64,000 nucleotides of DNA. Source: the human T2T-CHM13v2.0 reference genome, Homo sapiens. The notes under the pieces are model-generated. The model saw only the letters and a program-made list of their open reading frames with translations, did not search any database and was not told the DNA's origin. Both the position numbers and the translations under genes were made by a program. This document shows, piece after piece, positions 41,945-64,000 of this stretch (its first letter is position 1; every line of letters starts with the position of its first letter). The stretch lies in NCBI RefSeq assembly GCF_009914755.1, contig NC_060926.1; one strand, given 5' to 3'.

Positions 41945-42479
41945 CCAAAGATGATTGTCTTATAAAAGCCTATGTAACCCTTTTCATTTTTTCTTTAAAA
42001 AATGTCTTCCTTTACCTCCTGGAACACATCCATACTTATTCCCATTGTAATGCCCGTTCCTGAATAAACATCATTGTTTTTTTAGAGAGGGAGAGAGAGT
42101 CCATTGGTGAGAGAGTCTCACCAATCTCCTGTCCCCAGGGCACTTCCACCCCTGGGTATTTGTACTGATCAACCAGGTTACGCTTTCAGCATTTGCAAAC
42201 TCAGGATGGAGATTTTAGACCCTCTTCAACCTCCAGGTTTCCTCTTTGCAAAGGCCAGCAGCAGAAGCAAAAGAGATGGAGCCCGGGTTAGCATTTATTT
42301 TTCTATTTACCAGTCATTTGGAATTTGGACATTTTCTGTCCTGTGGTTGTGGTGAGGGTGTGGGTTTTGTGTTGTTTTATATATTCTTTGTTATTTTTTA
42401 TTCTAGTTTTTGTTTTTGTTTTGGAAGGTATTTTAGAGAAATAAGATTTCTGTGGTTACCATGACCTGCTGTTACAGAT

Positions 42480-43197
<718 letters not shown>

Positions 43198-43469
43198 TAA
43201 AAGATATCTGCCATCTCAGCCATGGAACAGACACTGTAAGAACATGAAGGCTCAAGGGCAGGGCTGGCTACATAATTTGTGGGACCCATTACAAAATGAA
43301 CATGGAGAAAAAACTAGAAAAAAGTGTAGTACAAGGTACTATAATAGATTTTTCCTTTGAAAACAGTTTAATACTTATAAAATGTAATAGAGGGAAATAG
43401 TGACACGTGAGTAACAAAATGGGCGTATCAATTGGTCTATGCTATTTTTGGTGTTATAATTTTACCTAA

Positions 43470-43613
<144 letters not shown>

Positions 43614-44001
43614 TGATGTCTTGATTGATCATAGGATTTTTCTGGCTATTCTAGCTACTTCCAATTCGCTTCAGCCAATTTAGTTGAAGTTTTATCACTT
43701 GTGACTTCAGAGTCCTGGTTAATATCCTGTTGCCCTCAGGACATGCAGGATGGAGGAAGGCACCAGGGAGCCGAGGGAAGTGAGCAGAGAGGCAGTCACT
43801 TCAGGGCCACCAGCATAGCCCCCGTCACTGTCCACAGACACAGGCCCTTCCCCTTCTCATGGTTGAGCAGGCTCCACCTCACTTCCGTGTATGACTTCAT
43901 AGACCGTTAGGTTCCGTGGTACCCTGGAGTCCACAGCTGCTGAATCTGAAGGGCCATCAGAAGACTGGCTTCTCCATGATGGTTTATGGACTAAGGCAAA
44001 G

Positions 44002-63229
<19,228 letters not shown>

Positions 63230-64000
63230 TAATAAGTGCACACATTTCTATAGGCCTATGTGTTGTCTTAAATGTGCTATACTATCATACTAGCAGTCTT
63301 TAAACCAACTACTGGTGGGGCAAAGCCAAATTGAGATATGAAGGAAACAACTGTCTGAAATCCTCTCTATAACCTTCCACTCACTATGGAATCTGTGCTC
63401 CAAAGTGTGAATATCCCTGTATTTTGGGGTGATCCTTGATGTGCAGTGTTAGGCAGGTTCTGCCACCCTGGAGGCATTCAGAGGACAGAAACCTGATCTG
63501 CAAGTGGGGTTCCCCACTCCCGACAACAGGAGCCCCCAGCAGCATCCTAACTTTCAACCCAACACACGAATCCTTCTAAGTGCACAACGTGGTTTGAGAG
63601 AATTAGTGCAGTCATTAATACCCCATTCAGTGGATGATAAAACAAGACCAAAAAATGACTTACCTTAAGCACACCCATAGAAATGACACATGTGAAGAAC
63701 ACACTGTTTCCCCAAAGCAGCTTCATATTATGGGAAAAATTTAGCACTTTGGGAATTAAGATAGGTATTTGCTCACAGTAATAAGGATAGAATAGTGTAT
63801 TGGAAATCTGCCAGCCGTGGGTACAAGTGCCCCAGGCAGGGAGGGGGAATGGGCACTGTGTTGGTATTCTGCAGACAGATGTTTGCACCCCAATTCCTGA
63901 GGGTAGTTTCCCTGAGGGTAGCCCAGGACAACTGCCTGGGCACCTCTGCAATCGGCAGTGAGGCGGCACCACTGTCTACATCAAGGCATTCACTTTCAAA

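Overview
Primate genomic DNA, almost certainly human; the gene order suggests chr2q11.2. It is not prokaryotic, so most entries in the six-frame ORF track are Alu/L1 or GC-rich noise. In order, the window holds: (1) an L1/Alu/LTR-rich block. (2) A UBTF-like HMG-box gene copy (UBTFL family) on the minus strand, with an uninterrupted 393-codon frame but a GTG where the ATG should be, plus an apparent spliced 5' UTR exon and TATA-like box. (3) COX5B (4 exons, +, 129 aa). (4) ACTR1B (11 exons, -, 376 aa). (5) A CpG-island promoter with a duplicated E2F-site 35-mer and a U4 snRNA pseudogene inserted inside an Alu. (6) The 5' part of C2orf92 (+). The most unusual structure is C2orf92. It is built from an old tandem duplication of a two-exon module with GAG acceptors and GC donors. 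One exon copy has lost its 5' end at an Alu, the second repeat unit is split by a ~10.5 kb L1MB-type element, and an 834-bp intronic tract is ~99.5% identical between otherwise clearly diverged copies, which looks like recent gene conversion. Exon boundaries were read by eye and checked for frame. Repeat subfamily names, paralog numbers and percent identities are estimates from recognition, not database searches.
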